In this document: positions 36,130 through 45,916 of the stretch, piece by piece | Position numbering within the stretch: position 1 is the first letter of the stretch | How the letters are laid out: every line of letters starts with the position of its first letter | IMG/VR virus record: IMGVR_UViG_3300023214_000063 | Location: 1 to 57,818 of that record | DNA length: 57,818 nt | From: a virus | Taxonomy: Duplodnaviria > Caudoviricetes | Reading direction: 5' to 3' (one strand) | Notes under the pieces: model-generated | Database searches by the model: none | What the model saw: only the letters and a program-made list of their open reading frames with translations | What the model was told of the DNA's origin: nothing | Made by a program: the position numbers and the translations under genes

Positions 36130-39100
36130 ATGGGATTCCTGGACCGAATCACCGGAGCGCAGAACCTTCGTACCCCGTCGTCTTCGGGGCGCGTCCAGAA
36201 GGAAAGCCGCGTCTGGCCGGACATCTTCCTGCCGTACTGGCAGGAACGTGGAGCGCCGCGCGACGCGCAGGAACCAGAGCTGCGCGACTTCGTCGAAACG
36301 TACAACGTGGACGTGTGGGTCCGGCGCTGCGTTGAAATCCTGGCCGACTCCATCAGCCAGGTGCCGTTGCGCGTGAAGCGCCTGAAGGGCGACAAGCTGC
36401 TGCCGCCTGACCACCCGGCCGCGAAGGTGACCAGGAAGCCGAACCCGTTTCAGTCGTGGCCGGAGTTCGTGGCCGACTGGATGACGTTTATCGGACTGAC
36501 GGGCGATTCGTACGTGGAGCTGGTGCCGGACCCGCAGCAGCGCGCGTTCGAAGATGAACGCGGCAAGCGGCTACCGTCAGGTCCAGCGGAGCTGTACAAC
36601 CTGCGGCCAGACCGCGTGATGATTGTCCCCGACGCCCGAACCTTCATCGCTGGGTACTTCTACTTCGTGGAGCACAAAGGTAGCGCCGACCCCATCACGT
36701 TCAACGCCGACGACGTGTGGCACATGCGCTACCCGAACCCGCAGAACGACTACTACGGGGCATCGCCGCTCCGGGCTGCCACCAGGCCAGTAGTCACCGA
36801 TATCGAACAGGACAAGTACAGCACGTCGTTTTTTAAAAACAGCGCCATCCCGAACTGGATTCTGGAGACGGACAAGCAGCTGCGGAAGCAGGACACGGAA
36901 CGGCTGCGAAGCCAGATTGAGAGTGGGCACCAGCGCGAACCTGGATGGCACCGTCTGCTGATAGTCGATGACGGCATGAAGGCGAAGCAGCTGGGGCTGG
37001 GTCAGCAGGACATGGAGTTCACGAAGCAGCGCCGCTGGACGATGGGACAGATAGCCGGAGCCTTCGGTATCCCGCTGCCGTACCTGTCCACGGACGAACT
37101 GGGCGACACGAACTTCCGGGAAATCACCCTGATGTTCTGGAACATCACGCTGATTCCCAGGCTGCTGAAAATCGAAGCAGCCCTAAACTGCTTCGTCATG
37201 CCCAGGTTCGGACCCGACGTTCGAGCCGAATTCGACCTGGCCGACATCCGTGCCCTGAAGGCCGATGAAGCCGAAAAGGCACAGATGGGTGAAATTCTGA
37301 TCCGCTCTGGCCAGATGTCGCAGAACGAAGTCAGGCGGCGACTATGGAGCATGCCCGACACCCCGGACGGAGACATCGTCTACCTGCCGCTGTCCATCGC
37401 TCCGGCAGCTGGCCGTGGGATGGAGTCGGAAGCGGCCGAAGGCGCGGGAGCCGACCCGGAAGACGCGCCGGACGACGACGAACCCGACGACGAAGACCAG
37501 GACGACGAAGGCCAGGACGACACCCGCGACGACGACGAAGCCGAAGCGGGGCGCGCGAACGACGACCGACAGCGGGAACGAAAATCGGGAAAAGTCCCAG
37601 CCCCGGCGAGTGACCGGGGCGCGCGGGTCAAGGGACTGGACGACGGCGCGCTGTGGAAGTTCCTAGACGCCAGGCTCCAGGAACAGGAGCGCCGGGTCGA
37701 ACAGGTCGTCTTCCGGATGTTGGCGACCCAGGCGCAGAGCGTCAGCCAGCGCATCAGGCAGCTGGTCCAGAAGGGCGTCGGCGACCAGGTCGAAGCCGTC
37801 CTGTTCAACGTGGAAGAAGACGTGGCGGTCTTCGCGCCGCGCATGACCCAGGTGCTGACGGATACGTACAGCATTGTCCAGGGGGAAGTCTTCGCGGACC
37901 TGGGCGTCGGTGTGGAAATCGACACGACCCCAGGGCCGGAAGAACTCGAACGGCTCCGGAAGGTCGCGGCCGCCGATGTGCGGAGAATTTCAGAGACGAC
38001 GCGCGGGGCGCTCCGCGATTCGCTCCTGGAAGGCTTCGGGAACGGTGAAGACAGGGACGCGCTGCTGGGCCGTGTCTCTAGCGTCATCGGCGACATGGGA
38101 CCACGGGTCGCGCTGATAGCGCAGCAGGAAGCGGGCACGGCCATGTCCGTCGCCACTAACGACGGATTCCAGCGTGCGGGCATCGCGAAGTCCAGGTGGC
38201 TGACCCAGCGCGACGCCAGGGTCAGCGACGGGTCGAACAGCCCGCGCAACCATCGTCGACTGCACGGCGAAGTCCGGAAGGTGGGCGAGCGCTTCAGTAA
38301 CGGGCTGCTGTACCCGCGCGAGCCTAGTTCGTCGGCCGATGAAGCTGTCGGCTGTCGCTGCTTCCAGGCTCCGGTTCTAACGGGCGACCGTGGCGACCTA
38401 CCATCCGGTGGCGGGACCGTCACGCCGACGCCTGCGGAGCCGTTGCCGCCTGACCAGCCACTGCGACCACAGCGTCCGGAGCGCGAAGGCGAGCGCGCAG
38501 AGCGCCTGACGTGGGAACAGTTCGGCGGGAGCCTTCCGAGGGACGAAGCCAGGCGCGAACTGTTAGAAGACGCGCTGAATCGCCTGAACGTGATGGACCC
38601 GGCCGCCCGTGCGAAGTTCGTGGACGCTCTGGAGAAAATCCCGGACTTTAAATTCCGTGTGGCGACGAAGTCTACGAAGTCGCTGTCGGTCATGGGCAGG
38701 ATGAACGCGACGAAGCGGCGTGGCTACCCGCCAGACCTGAAGCGCCTGGACCTGCAGTTGATGCGGGAAAACCTGGAGTGGGGCGACTGGGTCACCGAAC
38801 ACAATGCAGAGTTCCGGTCCCTGCGGGAGCTGGTGAAGGCAGGCGACATCGACGAACAGGACTTCAATAACGCCATGAAGTTCTGGAAGCGAACGCACCC
38901 GGAGCCCGCGAAGTGGCGTCTAGCATCAGTCGACGAACTCGAAGAAGTCCTGGTCCACGAACTAGGCCATGCGCTCGACATGGACGCGGCAGTGGGTGAC
39001 CAGACGTTCGGCCTGGCGCAGCGCTTCCGCGACGATGGGATGCTGGGCGAGTGGCAGAAGGCGTACTGGAACGGCGACGTGACGGAGGTTTCGCCAGGCG

Positions 39101-39324
39101 TGTTTAAGCCGAACCGTGGGGCGACGCGGGAAGGGGCGTTCGCCTACGGAACCACGAAGCCGGAAGAAGCCGTAGCAGAAGCATTCCGCATGTACTTCAC
39201 CGGGAACATCGACAGCGTCGGATATGATGGCGTCATCAGCGCCACCCGCATGACTGCGGAGGAATGGCGCGAGCGATACCCACAGCTGGCCCAGTGGATC
39301 GAAAACGTCCTGGGTGTGAACTGA
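36130..39324 (+). CDS. HK97-type portal fused to MuF (gp7-like) and a C-terminal HEXXH metallopeptidase domain
   Basis: Portal motifs (PNPFQ, LRPDRV, YYGASP), acidic linker, MuF motif (WLT..D.RV...H..L.GE...NGL.YP...GCRC), then HELGHALD...EAVAEAF. Confidence 0.88.
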   Translation: MGFLDRITGAQNLRTPSSSGRVQKESRVWPDIFLPYWQERGAPRDAQEPELRDFVETYNVDVWVRRCVEILADSISQVPLRVKRLKGDKLLPPDHPAAKVTRKPNPFQSWPEFVADWMTFIGLTGDSYVELVPDPQQRAFEDERGKRLPSGPAELYNLRPDRVMIVPDARTFIAGYFYFVEHKGSADPITFNADDVWHMRYPNPQNDYYGASPLRAATRPVVTDIEQDKYSTSFFKNSAIPNWILETDKQLRKQDTERLRSQIESGHQREPGWHRLLIVDDGMKAKQLGLGQQDMEFTKQRRWTMGQIAGAFGIPLPYLSTDELGDTNFREITLMFWNITLIPRLLKIEAALNCFVMPRFGPDVRAEFDLADIRALKADEAEKAQMGEILIRSGQMSQNEVRRRLWSMPDTPDGDIVYLPLSIAPAAGRGMESEAAEGAGADPEDAPDDDEPDDEDQDDEGQDDTRDDDEAEAGRANDDRQRERKSGKVPAPASDRGARVKGLDDGALWKFLDARLQEQERRVEQVVFRMLATQAQSVSQRIRQLVQKGVGDQVEAVLFNVEEDVAVFAPRMTQVLTDTYSIVQGEVFADLGVGVEIDTTPGPEELERLRKVAAADVRRISETTRGALRDSLLEGFGNGEDRDALLGRVSSVIGDMGPRVALIAQQEAGTAMSVATNDGFQRAGIAKSRWLTQRDARVSDGSNSPRNHRRLHGEVRKVGERFSNGLLYPREPSSSADEAVGCRCFQAPVLTGDRGDLPSGGGTVTPTPAEPLPPDQPLRPQRPEREGERAERLTWEQFGGSLPRDEARRELLEDALNRLNVMDPAARAKFVDALEKIPDFKFRVATKSTKSLSVMGRMNATKRRGYPPDLKRLDLQLMRENLEWGDWVTEHNAEFRSLRELVKAGDIDEQDFNNAMKFWKRTHPEPAKWRLASVDELEEVLVHELGHALDMDAAVGDQTFGLAQRFRDDGMLGEWQKAYWNGDVTEVSPGVFKPNRGATREGAFAYGTTKPEEAVAEAFRMYFTGNIDSVGYDGVISATRMTAEEWRERYPQLAQWIENVLGVN

Positions 39325-39530
39325 TGGCTAACGACCTAGCGGAACGGCTCGAAGAACTCCGCGAGCTAGCTGCGCGTGAAGGTGTCGACGACAGCGACTG
39401 GGATGTGCCGAACCTGCCGATGGCGGTTCAGGCGTACGCTGATGCGCTGGGTATCAGCACGGCCCTGGCGGTGGACCCGCGAATCACGATGGACGAACTA
39501 CTCGAAGCGCGCGATTTGGGCATCCAGTAG
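39324..39530 (+). CDS. Small acidic protein, candidate immunity partner of the MuF toxin domain
   Basis: 68 aa, TGATG-coupled to the portal-MuF gene. Confidence 0.5.
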   Translation: MANDLAERLEELRELAAREGVDDSDWDVPNLPMAVQAYADALGISTALAVDPRITMDELLEARDLGIQ

Positions 39531-39572
39531 GGTGTCGCATACTCTTGGAACGGGAGCTGGGGGAACTTCACG

Positions 39573-40841
39573 ATGTCTACGCCGGTAACGAAAACAGCCA
39601 GAGTCCTGAAGGTGGGCGGCGATGACGGGCGCTTCGTAGCGCGCGCCAGCGAAGCCACCGTGGACCGTGATGGCGACATCGTCCACCCGGAAGGCTTCCT
39701 GAAAGGGATGCCCGACTACATGGCCGGGGGTGGCGTCATTTCGGCGTTCCACAATTGGCACGACTTCGCCATCGGGAAGATGGTGGATTTCGAAATCGAC
39801 CAGCAGCGGTTCGACTTCGAAGGGATGTGGGCACCGACCGCACGCGGCCAGGAAGCGCGGGTGCTCTACGACGGTGGTTTCCAGCGGTCGTTTTCCGTCG
39901 GCATGGACCCCCTGCGAGCGGAGCCCAGGTTCGACGACGATACGGGCCAGCTGATGGGGTTCGAGTTCTTCGAGCAGAACCTACTGGAAGTTGCGGCTGT
40001 CCTGGTGCCCGCCCACGCCGGTGCCCATCTGCTGGGCTACGGGATGAAGAACTACGGCCTGATTCCGACGATGAAGCGGGCCGGGCTCCTGAAGGGCGCG
40101 GACATCCAGTCGGTGCTGGTGCCCAGGCGGAAGATGAACCGGGAACAGGCGCAGCTGTTCGTGCGCGAACACGGATTCACGCCGGACTCCTGTAAGCACG
40201 TCGGCGATGAGTTCTACCGGTTCGAGCAGTTCGAAGCGCCGGAAGGTTCGGAGCTGAAGACCATTCCATGGCTGGACGAATCGAAGCTGGTCATGGTCGT
40301 TCCGAAGTCGGAAGGTGTGGAGCCCCAGGAAACACGGCCGCCAGGAATCGACCAGCGCCAGGCGCGAGCCGGGTACGCCGCGAGCACCGACCGACCGACC
40401 GACCGACCGGACTGCCTGGTCGTCACCACGAAGGCCACGGGGCTGTCGGATCGGGACATCCGGGACATGCTCGAAATGGCCGTGAAGGATGTGGAGCCGG
40501 AATTCGACTGGCTGTGGGTCGTGGCCGTCTTCGATGACGTCGTGGTCTACGAACTGGGCCAGAAGGGCGAGCGGGACCGGCTGTTCGAGCGCGGATATGA
40601 ACTGGACGCAGATGTGGTCACGATGGATTCAGCACGGCAGGAAGTTCGACGCCGTGTCGTGTTCGAGCCGGTGACCAGCAGCAGTGGCCCGATTAGGATG
40701 CAGGCCGCGCAGGAGCTACAATCCGGCGTCAAGCGGCTGGGTGGTATGGTGACCCGGCTGGAGCAGAAGTTATTGACCGACGAACTGGGACAGACCATCA
40801 GGCGCGCTCGCCGCGTCACTGACAGGCTGGAGCGCCAGTAG
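39573..40841 (+). CDS. HK97-family prohead protease with C-terminal extension
   Basis: DRDGDIV, FHN..AIG, SFSVG and LLEVAAV..PA; lies between portal and capsid. Confidence 0.88.
   Translation: MSTPVTKTARVLKVGGDDGRFVARASEATVDRDGDIVHPEGFLKGMPDYMAGGGVISAFHNWHDFAIGKMVDFEIDQQRFDFEGMWAPTARGQEARVLYDGGFQRSFSVGMDPLRAEPRFDDDTGQLMGFEFFEQNLLEVAAVLVPAHAGAHLLGYGMKNYGLIPTMKRAGLLKGADIQSVLVPRRKMNREQAQLFVREHGFTPDSCKHVGDEFYRFEQFEAPEGSELKTIPWLDESKLVMVVPKSEGVEPQETRPPGIDQRQARAGYAASTDRPTDRPDCLVVTTKATGLSDRDIRDMLEMAVKDVEPEFDWLWVVAVFDDVVVYELGQKGERDRLFERGYELDADVVTMDSARQEVRRRVVFEPVTSSSGPIRMQAAQELQSGVKRLGGMVTRLEQKLLTDELGQTIRRARRVTDRLERQ
40386..40409 (+). repeat. (ACCG)6 tetranucleotide microsatellite inside the protease gene
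   Basis: Six perfect units encoding TDRPTDRP. Confidence 0.9.
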
Positions 40842-40879
40842 TTTCTACCCTGCGGGGGAGCCAGGAAACGGGACGGGCA

Positions 40880-42454
40880 ATGAGTGATTCGACGCAAGTC
40901 GACCACACGCCGCAGGAGCTTCAGGACGCGGTACGCGAGCTGAAGTCCCTGACGGGTCGTATCGAGCAGCTGGAAGCGAGTTACGACGAACGCAACGGGA
41001 AGGGCGCGTCCGACGACGCGAAGCGCAAGGGCGACCCCATGGCACCGTTCGCGGAGCAGATGGAGTCGCTGGGCGAGCAGCTGAAGGATGTGCAGCAGAA
41101 GCTGCTGGACGGCGACAAGGCGCGGCGGACGAACGACGACGGCAGCCCGAAGGAACCGCAGCGCAAGGGCGAGCCGAATACCGACGACGCGCTGAAGGCG
41201 GCAGCCGACCGCATCGCAGGCGAGGGTGGCGGATTCAATCCGTTCGCCATCCGGGGGAAGAAGTACGGCTGGGCGAACAAGCCGGCGCTGAAGCAGCTGG
41301 CGGCGATGCCCACGGAGGAAGTCCGGCAGATCATGTCGGACGGCGAGTATGACGAGTTCAAGTCCGTCATGGAGCTGTCCGACCGCGTGTACCTGCTGGG
41401 CGCGCTCCTGAACGCCGATCCGCGCGACCCGACGGACGTGCGGACCACGAAGCTGTACGCCCAGCTGGACCGGAAGCTGAAGGCGCTGGACACGGCAGAG
41501 TCGGGTGGCGGTGCGGAGTGGATTCCCACCGGCTTCAGCTCGCAGCTGATCGACCGTATCGACCTGGAACTGGTCGTCGCCCAGGTCTTCCCGCGATTCA
41601 CGATGCCGACGAACCCCTACACCCTGCCGGTGGAAGGCGGGCACGTCGAAGCGTATCTGACCGGGGAGTCGACCGGAGACGGTGACGACGACAAGGTGAC
41701 GGCGGACGACGCCGGTACGCAGAAGGTGACGTACGACGCGGAGAAGCTGGCCGTGCGGTCGCTCGCGTCGTACGAAATCGAGGAAGACAGCATCATTCCG
41801 GTGCTGCCCTACATGCAGCGGAAGCTGGTGACGGGCCTGGCGCGGGGTGTCGACGACGCCATCATCAACGGCGACACGTCGGGCGCCCACCAGGACTCCG
41901 ACGTGACGGCCCCGACGGATCGGCGGAAGGCGTGGGACGGGCTCCGTGCGCTCGCGCTCGCGGACGCGAAAATCGACCTGTCCACCTTCAACGTCGAAAA
42001 CATCCGCAGCATCCGCAGCGCGATGGGCAAGTACGCCGCGCAGCCGATGGACAACGTGTGGTTCTTCGGCGTCCAGGGTCACATCCTGCTGCTGTCGCTG
42101 AAGGACAGCCAGAACAATCCGGTGGTCATCACCCTGGACAAGCTGGGGCCGCAGGCCACCATCCTGACCGGGATGCTGGGTTCGCTGGACGGTTCGCCGG
42201 TTCTCATTTCGGAGTTCGTCCGGGAGAACCTGAACGCCAGCGGCGTGTACGACGGGACGACCACCACGAAGAAGGTGGCTCTGAACGTCAACCGCCAGTG
42301 CTACAGCATGGGCGACCGTCGCCGCGTGATGGTGGAGACGGACCGCGACATCGAGCGCCAGCAGCACATCATCGTCGCGTCGTGGCGCGGCGACTTCCAG
42401 TGCTACTTCGACACCACGTCGGAAGACTGCGTCGGCCTGGGGTACAACTTCTAA
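40880..42454 (+). CDS. Major capsid protein (HK97 fold) with N-terminal scaffold/delta region
   Basis: Coiled-coil N-terminus, GGGAEWIPTGFS, AIINGD and GSLDGSPV. Confidence 0.92.
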   Translation: MSDSTQVDHTPQELQDAVRELKSLTGRIEQLEASYDERNGKGASDDAKRKGDPMAPFAEQMESLGEQLKDVQQKLLDGDKARRTNDDGSPKEPQRKGEPNTDDALKAAADRIAGEGGGFNPFAIRGKKYGWANKPALKQLAAMPTEEVRQIMSDGEYDEFKSVMELSDRVYLLGALLNADPRDPTDVRTTKLYAQLDRKLKALDTAESGGGAEWIPTGFSSQLIDRIDLELVVAQVFPRFTMPTNPYTLPVEGGHVEAYLTGESTGDGDDDKVTADDAGTQKVTYDAEKLAVRSLASYEIEEDSIIPVLPYMQRKLVTGLARGVDDAIINGDTSGAHQDSDVTAPTDRRKAWDGLRALALADAKIDLSTFNVENIRSIRSAMGKYAAQPMDNVWFFGVQGHILLLSLKDSQNNPVVITLDKLGPQATILTGMLGSLDGSPVLISEFVRENLNASGVYDGTTTTKKVALNVNRQCYSMGDRRRVMVETDRDIERQQHIIVASWRGDFQCYFDTTSEDCVGLGYNF

Positions 42455-42471
42455 GCCGCTGCGGCTGGGGA

Positions 42472-42522
42472 ACGACGGCGGGGTGGCCCGGACTTGCAGG
42501 ACGGGCCACCCCGGACCGTCGT
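42472..42522 (+). other. Stem-loop after the capsid gene (no U-tract)
   Basis: GGGGTGGCCCG/CGGGCCACCCC with an outer ACGACGG/CCGTCGT stem. Confidence 0.65.
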
Positions 42523-42542
42523 AACAAGGGGAGTCAAAGCTG

Positions 42543-43196
42543 ATGGGGGGAGCCACCCGCATCGTGGGATGCATGACCGCGTACGGCGACGACGTGTCGC
42601 TGCTGACGCGGTCTTTGTCGTCTCTGGCGGAATTCGCGGACCGGGTCGTCGTCGGTGTCGGTCGATACCGGGGTCACGAATCGGTCCCGGAAGAAGCGGT
42701 CGTCCAGACCATCGTTAACGCGCGCAAGTTCGACGCGGACGTCATCGTCGAAGACGTGTGGGACGAACGCGAAGCACGTACGCGAGTTGCGGCCGAAGCG
42801 TCGCCTGGCGACTGGTGTTTATGGGCAGACGCGGATGAAGTCTGGACGGGTGACCCGGCCCGGCTGCGGGCGCTGCTACCGGAGTTCGACCCCTGCGTCT
42901 TCGTGCGCTCGAAGCGCCCGCTGCGTCCGGACCTGTTCCCGCTGTGGGTGCCGAAGATGTATCGGTACGAAGTCGGCCACAGGTTCGTACACGACTACCT
43001 GGTGGTGAATGCCCACGGGCAGGCGGTTACCTACGTGCACGGGTCGCCACCGAAGAACAGGCCGCACGGAGATGGCTGCGAGCTGGACCCAGCCGTCGGC
43101 CAGATAGAGCACTACCGGGAAGAACGCGACCAGGTCCGCACGTCCATGACGGGCCGCTACCAGGTGAAGCGCCTTGACGATGGATACCCAGCCTGA
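42543..43196 (+). CDS. Glycosyltransferase, GT2/GT-A fold
   Basis: RSLSSL..FADRVVV, WCLWADADE (DxD) and IEHY. Confidence 0.75.
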   Translation: MGGATRIVGCMTAYGDDVSLLTRSLSSLAEFADRVVVGVGRYRGHESVPEEAVVQTIVNARKFDADVIVEDVWDEREARTRVAAEASPGDWCLWADADEVWTGDPARLRALLPEFDPCVFVRSKRPLRPDLFPLWVPKMYRYEVGHRFVHDYLVVNAHGQAVTYVHGSPPKNRPHGDGCELDPAVGQIEHYREERDQVRTSMTGRYQVKRLDDGYPA

Positions 43197-43860
43197 CGTC
43201 GCTGCCATCATCAGCGCGTACCGGCCACACCCGGCACAGCTCGCGCGGCAGCTCCGAAGCCTGAAGGCCCAGGAAGGCGTGGTCGTCCACCCGTTCATCC
43301 TCGAAGTCGGAGCCGAAGGTCCGTCCGGATGGCAGCTACCACCGGACGTCGACACCTGGTCGGAAGTCCACGTCTGCAGTTCCCGCGTGAACCTTCCGAT
43401 GGCGTGGAACTATCTGTGCATGGTGGCGTGGCCGGACTGGTGCGTCATCGCGAACACGGACGACTGGTGGGAGCCGGACGGCATCCGAAAGCTGGTGGAC
43501 CTGGCCGAAGACCAGGGCTCCAGCTTTGCTTATGGCGACGTCATGTGCCACGACGGGGAGCGGAACCCCTACAGCGGGGTGACGAAGCCGCACACGGTCA
43601 GCTCGATACGCGAGTCCGTGGACATCGGCTGCTGCGCCCTGTTCGCTCGCGAACGTCTGCTGGAGTTAGGCGGGTTCGACACCACCCTGGAAATCGCAGC
43701 CGACTGGGACGCATGGATTAAGCTGTCCGCCGACGGCATCGCCTACACGGCGGATATCGTCGGTCACTTCACTGTTCGTTCGGAGTCGCTATCGCACGCT
43801 GATCCGGCTGCACTTCGGGGCGAGCTGGCCAGAGTCCGGAGACGGTATAGGCATGGGTAA
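43180..43860 (+). CDS. Glycosyltransferase family 2
   Basis: IISAY, AWN, IANTDD and GGFDTTL..AADWDAWIKL. Confidence 0.82.
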   Translation: MDTQPDVAAIISAYRPHPAQLARQLRSLKAQEGVVVHPFILEVGAEGPSGWQLPPDVDTWSEVHVCSSRVNLPMAWNYLCMVAWPDWCVIANTDDWWEPDGIRKLVDLAEDQGSSFAYGDVMCHDGERNPYSGVTKPHTVSSIRESVDIGCCALFARERLLELGGFDTTLEIAADWDAWIKLSADGIAYTADIVGHFTVRSESLSHADPAALRGELARVRRRYRHG

Positions 43861-45916
43861 AAAGCTGCGCTACATGGGGCCGTTCCCGAAGTACCGTGGT
43901 CACCGGATGGTGGTGGAGCGTGGCGGCACATGCACCGTCGACGACGACCTGGCTGCGCAGCTGGTCGAAAAGAACCCCGGCTGGTGGGAAGACCTGACCA
44001 GCCCGGCCTACCAGGACGACGGGAAGCTGGAGCGATGGAATCCCGGTCCGACCCCGACGCGGAAGAAGGGGAGTGCCATAGACGCCCTGGTCGTCATCGT
44101 CCTGACGTGGAACCAGTGGAGCTACACGCGCCGCTGCCTGCCGTCTATCGAGTCAGAGCGACCCATGCGGGTCATCGTGGTGGACAACAACTCCACAGAC
44201 GGGACGCGCGAGCTGCTGGAACAGCTCCCTGTGGACGTAGAGCAGCCCCAGGGCCGCGTCGGCGTGGCTGCAGCCCTGAACGTAGGGCTGGAAGCTGCGC
44301 GAAGCTACACGCCGCGCTACGTGGCCATCCTGAACAATGACGTGGTGCTGCCGAAGGGCTATCTGGACGGCCTGGTCGCGATGCTGGAAGCCGACCCCAG
44401 CATGGGCATGGCGACCGGACTGCAGAGCATCCCAGGCGGACGGGGGGTGTCGAAGCCGGAGCTGGTGAAGAACCAGCAGGGCGAGCCCATCGACGACCGC
44501 GTCATCAGCGGCGACATGTCTGCCTTTGTTCTGGACTGGCGCGCTGTCCTGAAGGTGGGCACGTTCGACGAACGGTTCCGGCCGCGCTACATCGAAGACA
44601 ATGACTACGTGCACCGTCTGACCGTCGCGGGGTTCGAGCCGTACCGCACGGGCAGGTTCGTTTACGAACACTTCCACATGACGACCTATCGGGAGAATCC
44701 ACACCTAGCGAAGCGCCGGGAGCTGGAGCTGCGACGGAACGTGGAACGGTACGTGGAGAAATGGGGCGCGGCTCCGACGTCGTGCCAGCAGTGGCGTGAA
44801 GTGAAGACGTACCCTGACGACTGGACGTACGACGGGGGAGCCGACGAACCCCTGTGCGAGCCGGAGCCGGTGAAGGCCCGGCACGTAGCCATCGTTCAGC
44901 CGGGGCGACTGGGTGACATCGTCGCGACGCTCCCGCTGGCCCGCGTCCTGGGTCGCCGTAAGTTCAGGGTTCACTGGTACGCCCGCGAGCACTACGCCAG
45001 CATCTTCGAGCATGCGCAGTCGGTGCACGAAGTTCACGCCCTGCCGATGACGGGGGAGTCACCGTTCGACGGACTGGACGAACTCCGGGACCAGGTAGAA
45101 GCGGAGCGCTACGAATACGTCTTCAACCCGTGCATATCTGACGGGAAGTTCCAGGAGTTCGAGCGGTCGCCGTTGCCCTACGCGGATTTCCTGCAGGCGT
45201 CCGTAGGCGTCCAGTGGCCGAAGCGTCCGGAGTTCAAATACAAGCGCGACGACCGGGCGCTGGCGCGGCAGCTCGCCGGACGTGACGAACGGCCCGGCAT
45301 CCTGGTGGCTCCGTTCGGAATCAGCACGCCGGTCGTCCTGTCCGGCGAGCATAAGCAGGCCCTGAAGCGGATGTCGGAAGACTACGACCTGGCCATCTGC
45401 ACGGACGGGCAGACGTGGCCGGACCTACCTGGTGCCCGCAAAATCGGCAGGGTTCGCCCGCTGTCTCTGCTGGGGGCCATCGTCGGGGAATTCGACCTGG
45501 TCATCTGTGTGTCGACCAGCATTGTCTGGTTTGCCTACGCTGCTCGCGTTCCGACCATCCAGCTGCTGCCGTCGAAACCGTGGCGCTCCGGCATCAAGGT
45601 GGAACACGACTTCCAGAAGTACGGCGCGCACCAGTGGCATGACACGGACTTCGACGTGGTCGACTTCTTCCCGAACCACCAGACCGGAGACGCCTTCGAA
45701 GCGCTCGCGCGCGGCAGGCTCGAACACGCGGCGTTCGACGAACTGTTCCTGCGGGACTTTCCATTCCCAAAGCGGGAACCGGGTAAGGTTGCCGTGTTCT
45801 ACCCCGGACCCAGCAGCATCCATCCGGACGCAGGCATGCTGGCTACCGGCGTTAACATGCTGCCCAGGAAAACCGCCCGGCAGCTGATAGAAAAGGGAGT
45901 CGTGTTCGATGTATGA
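43853..45916 (+). CDS. GT2-GT9 fusion glycosyltransferase with small terminal domains
   Basis: GT2 part (VVDNNSTDGT, ILNNDV, FDERF..YIEDND) and GT9-like part (RLGDIV.TLP, DLVICVST..VW.A.A..VPT). Confidence 0.85.
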   Translation: MGKKLRYMGPFPKYRGHRMVVERGGTCTVDDDLAAQLVEKNPGWWEDLTSPAYQDDGKLERWNPGPTPTRKKGSAIDALVVIVLTWNQWSYTRRCLPSIESERPMRVIVVDNNSTDGTRELLEQLPVDVEQPQGRVGVAAALNVGLEAARSYTPRYVAILNNDVVLPKGYLDGLVAMLEADPSMGMATGLQSIPGGRGVSKPELVKNQQGEPIDDRVISGDMSAFVLDWRAVLKVGTFDERFRPRYIEDNDYVHRLTVAGFEPYRTGRFVYEHFHMTTYRENPHLAKRRELELRRNVERYVEKWGAAPTSCQQWREVKTYPDDWTYDGGADEPLCEPEPVKARHVAIVQPGRLGDIVATLPLARVLGRRKFRVHWYAREHYASIFEHAQSVHEVHALPMTGESPFDGLDELRDQVEAERYEYVFNPCISDGKFQEFERSPLPYADFLQASVGVQWPKRPEFKYKRDDRALARQLAGRDERPGILVAPFGISTPVVLSGEHKQALKRMSEDYDLAICTDGQTWPDLPGARKIGRVRPLSLLGAIVGEFDLVICVSTSIVWFAYAARVPTIQLLPSKPWRSGIKVEHDFQKYGAHQWHDTDFDVVDFFPNHQTGDAFEALARGRLEHAAFDELFLRDFPFPKREPGKVAVFYPGPSSIHPDAGMLATGVNMLPRKTARQLIEKGVVFDV

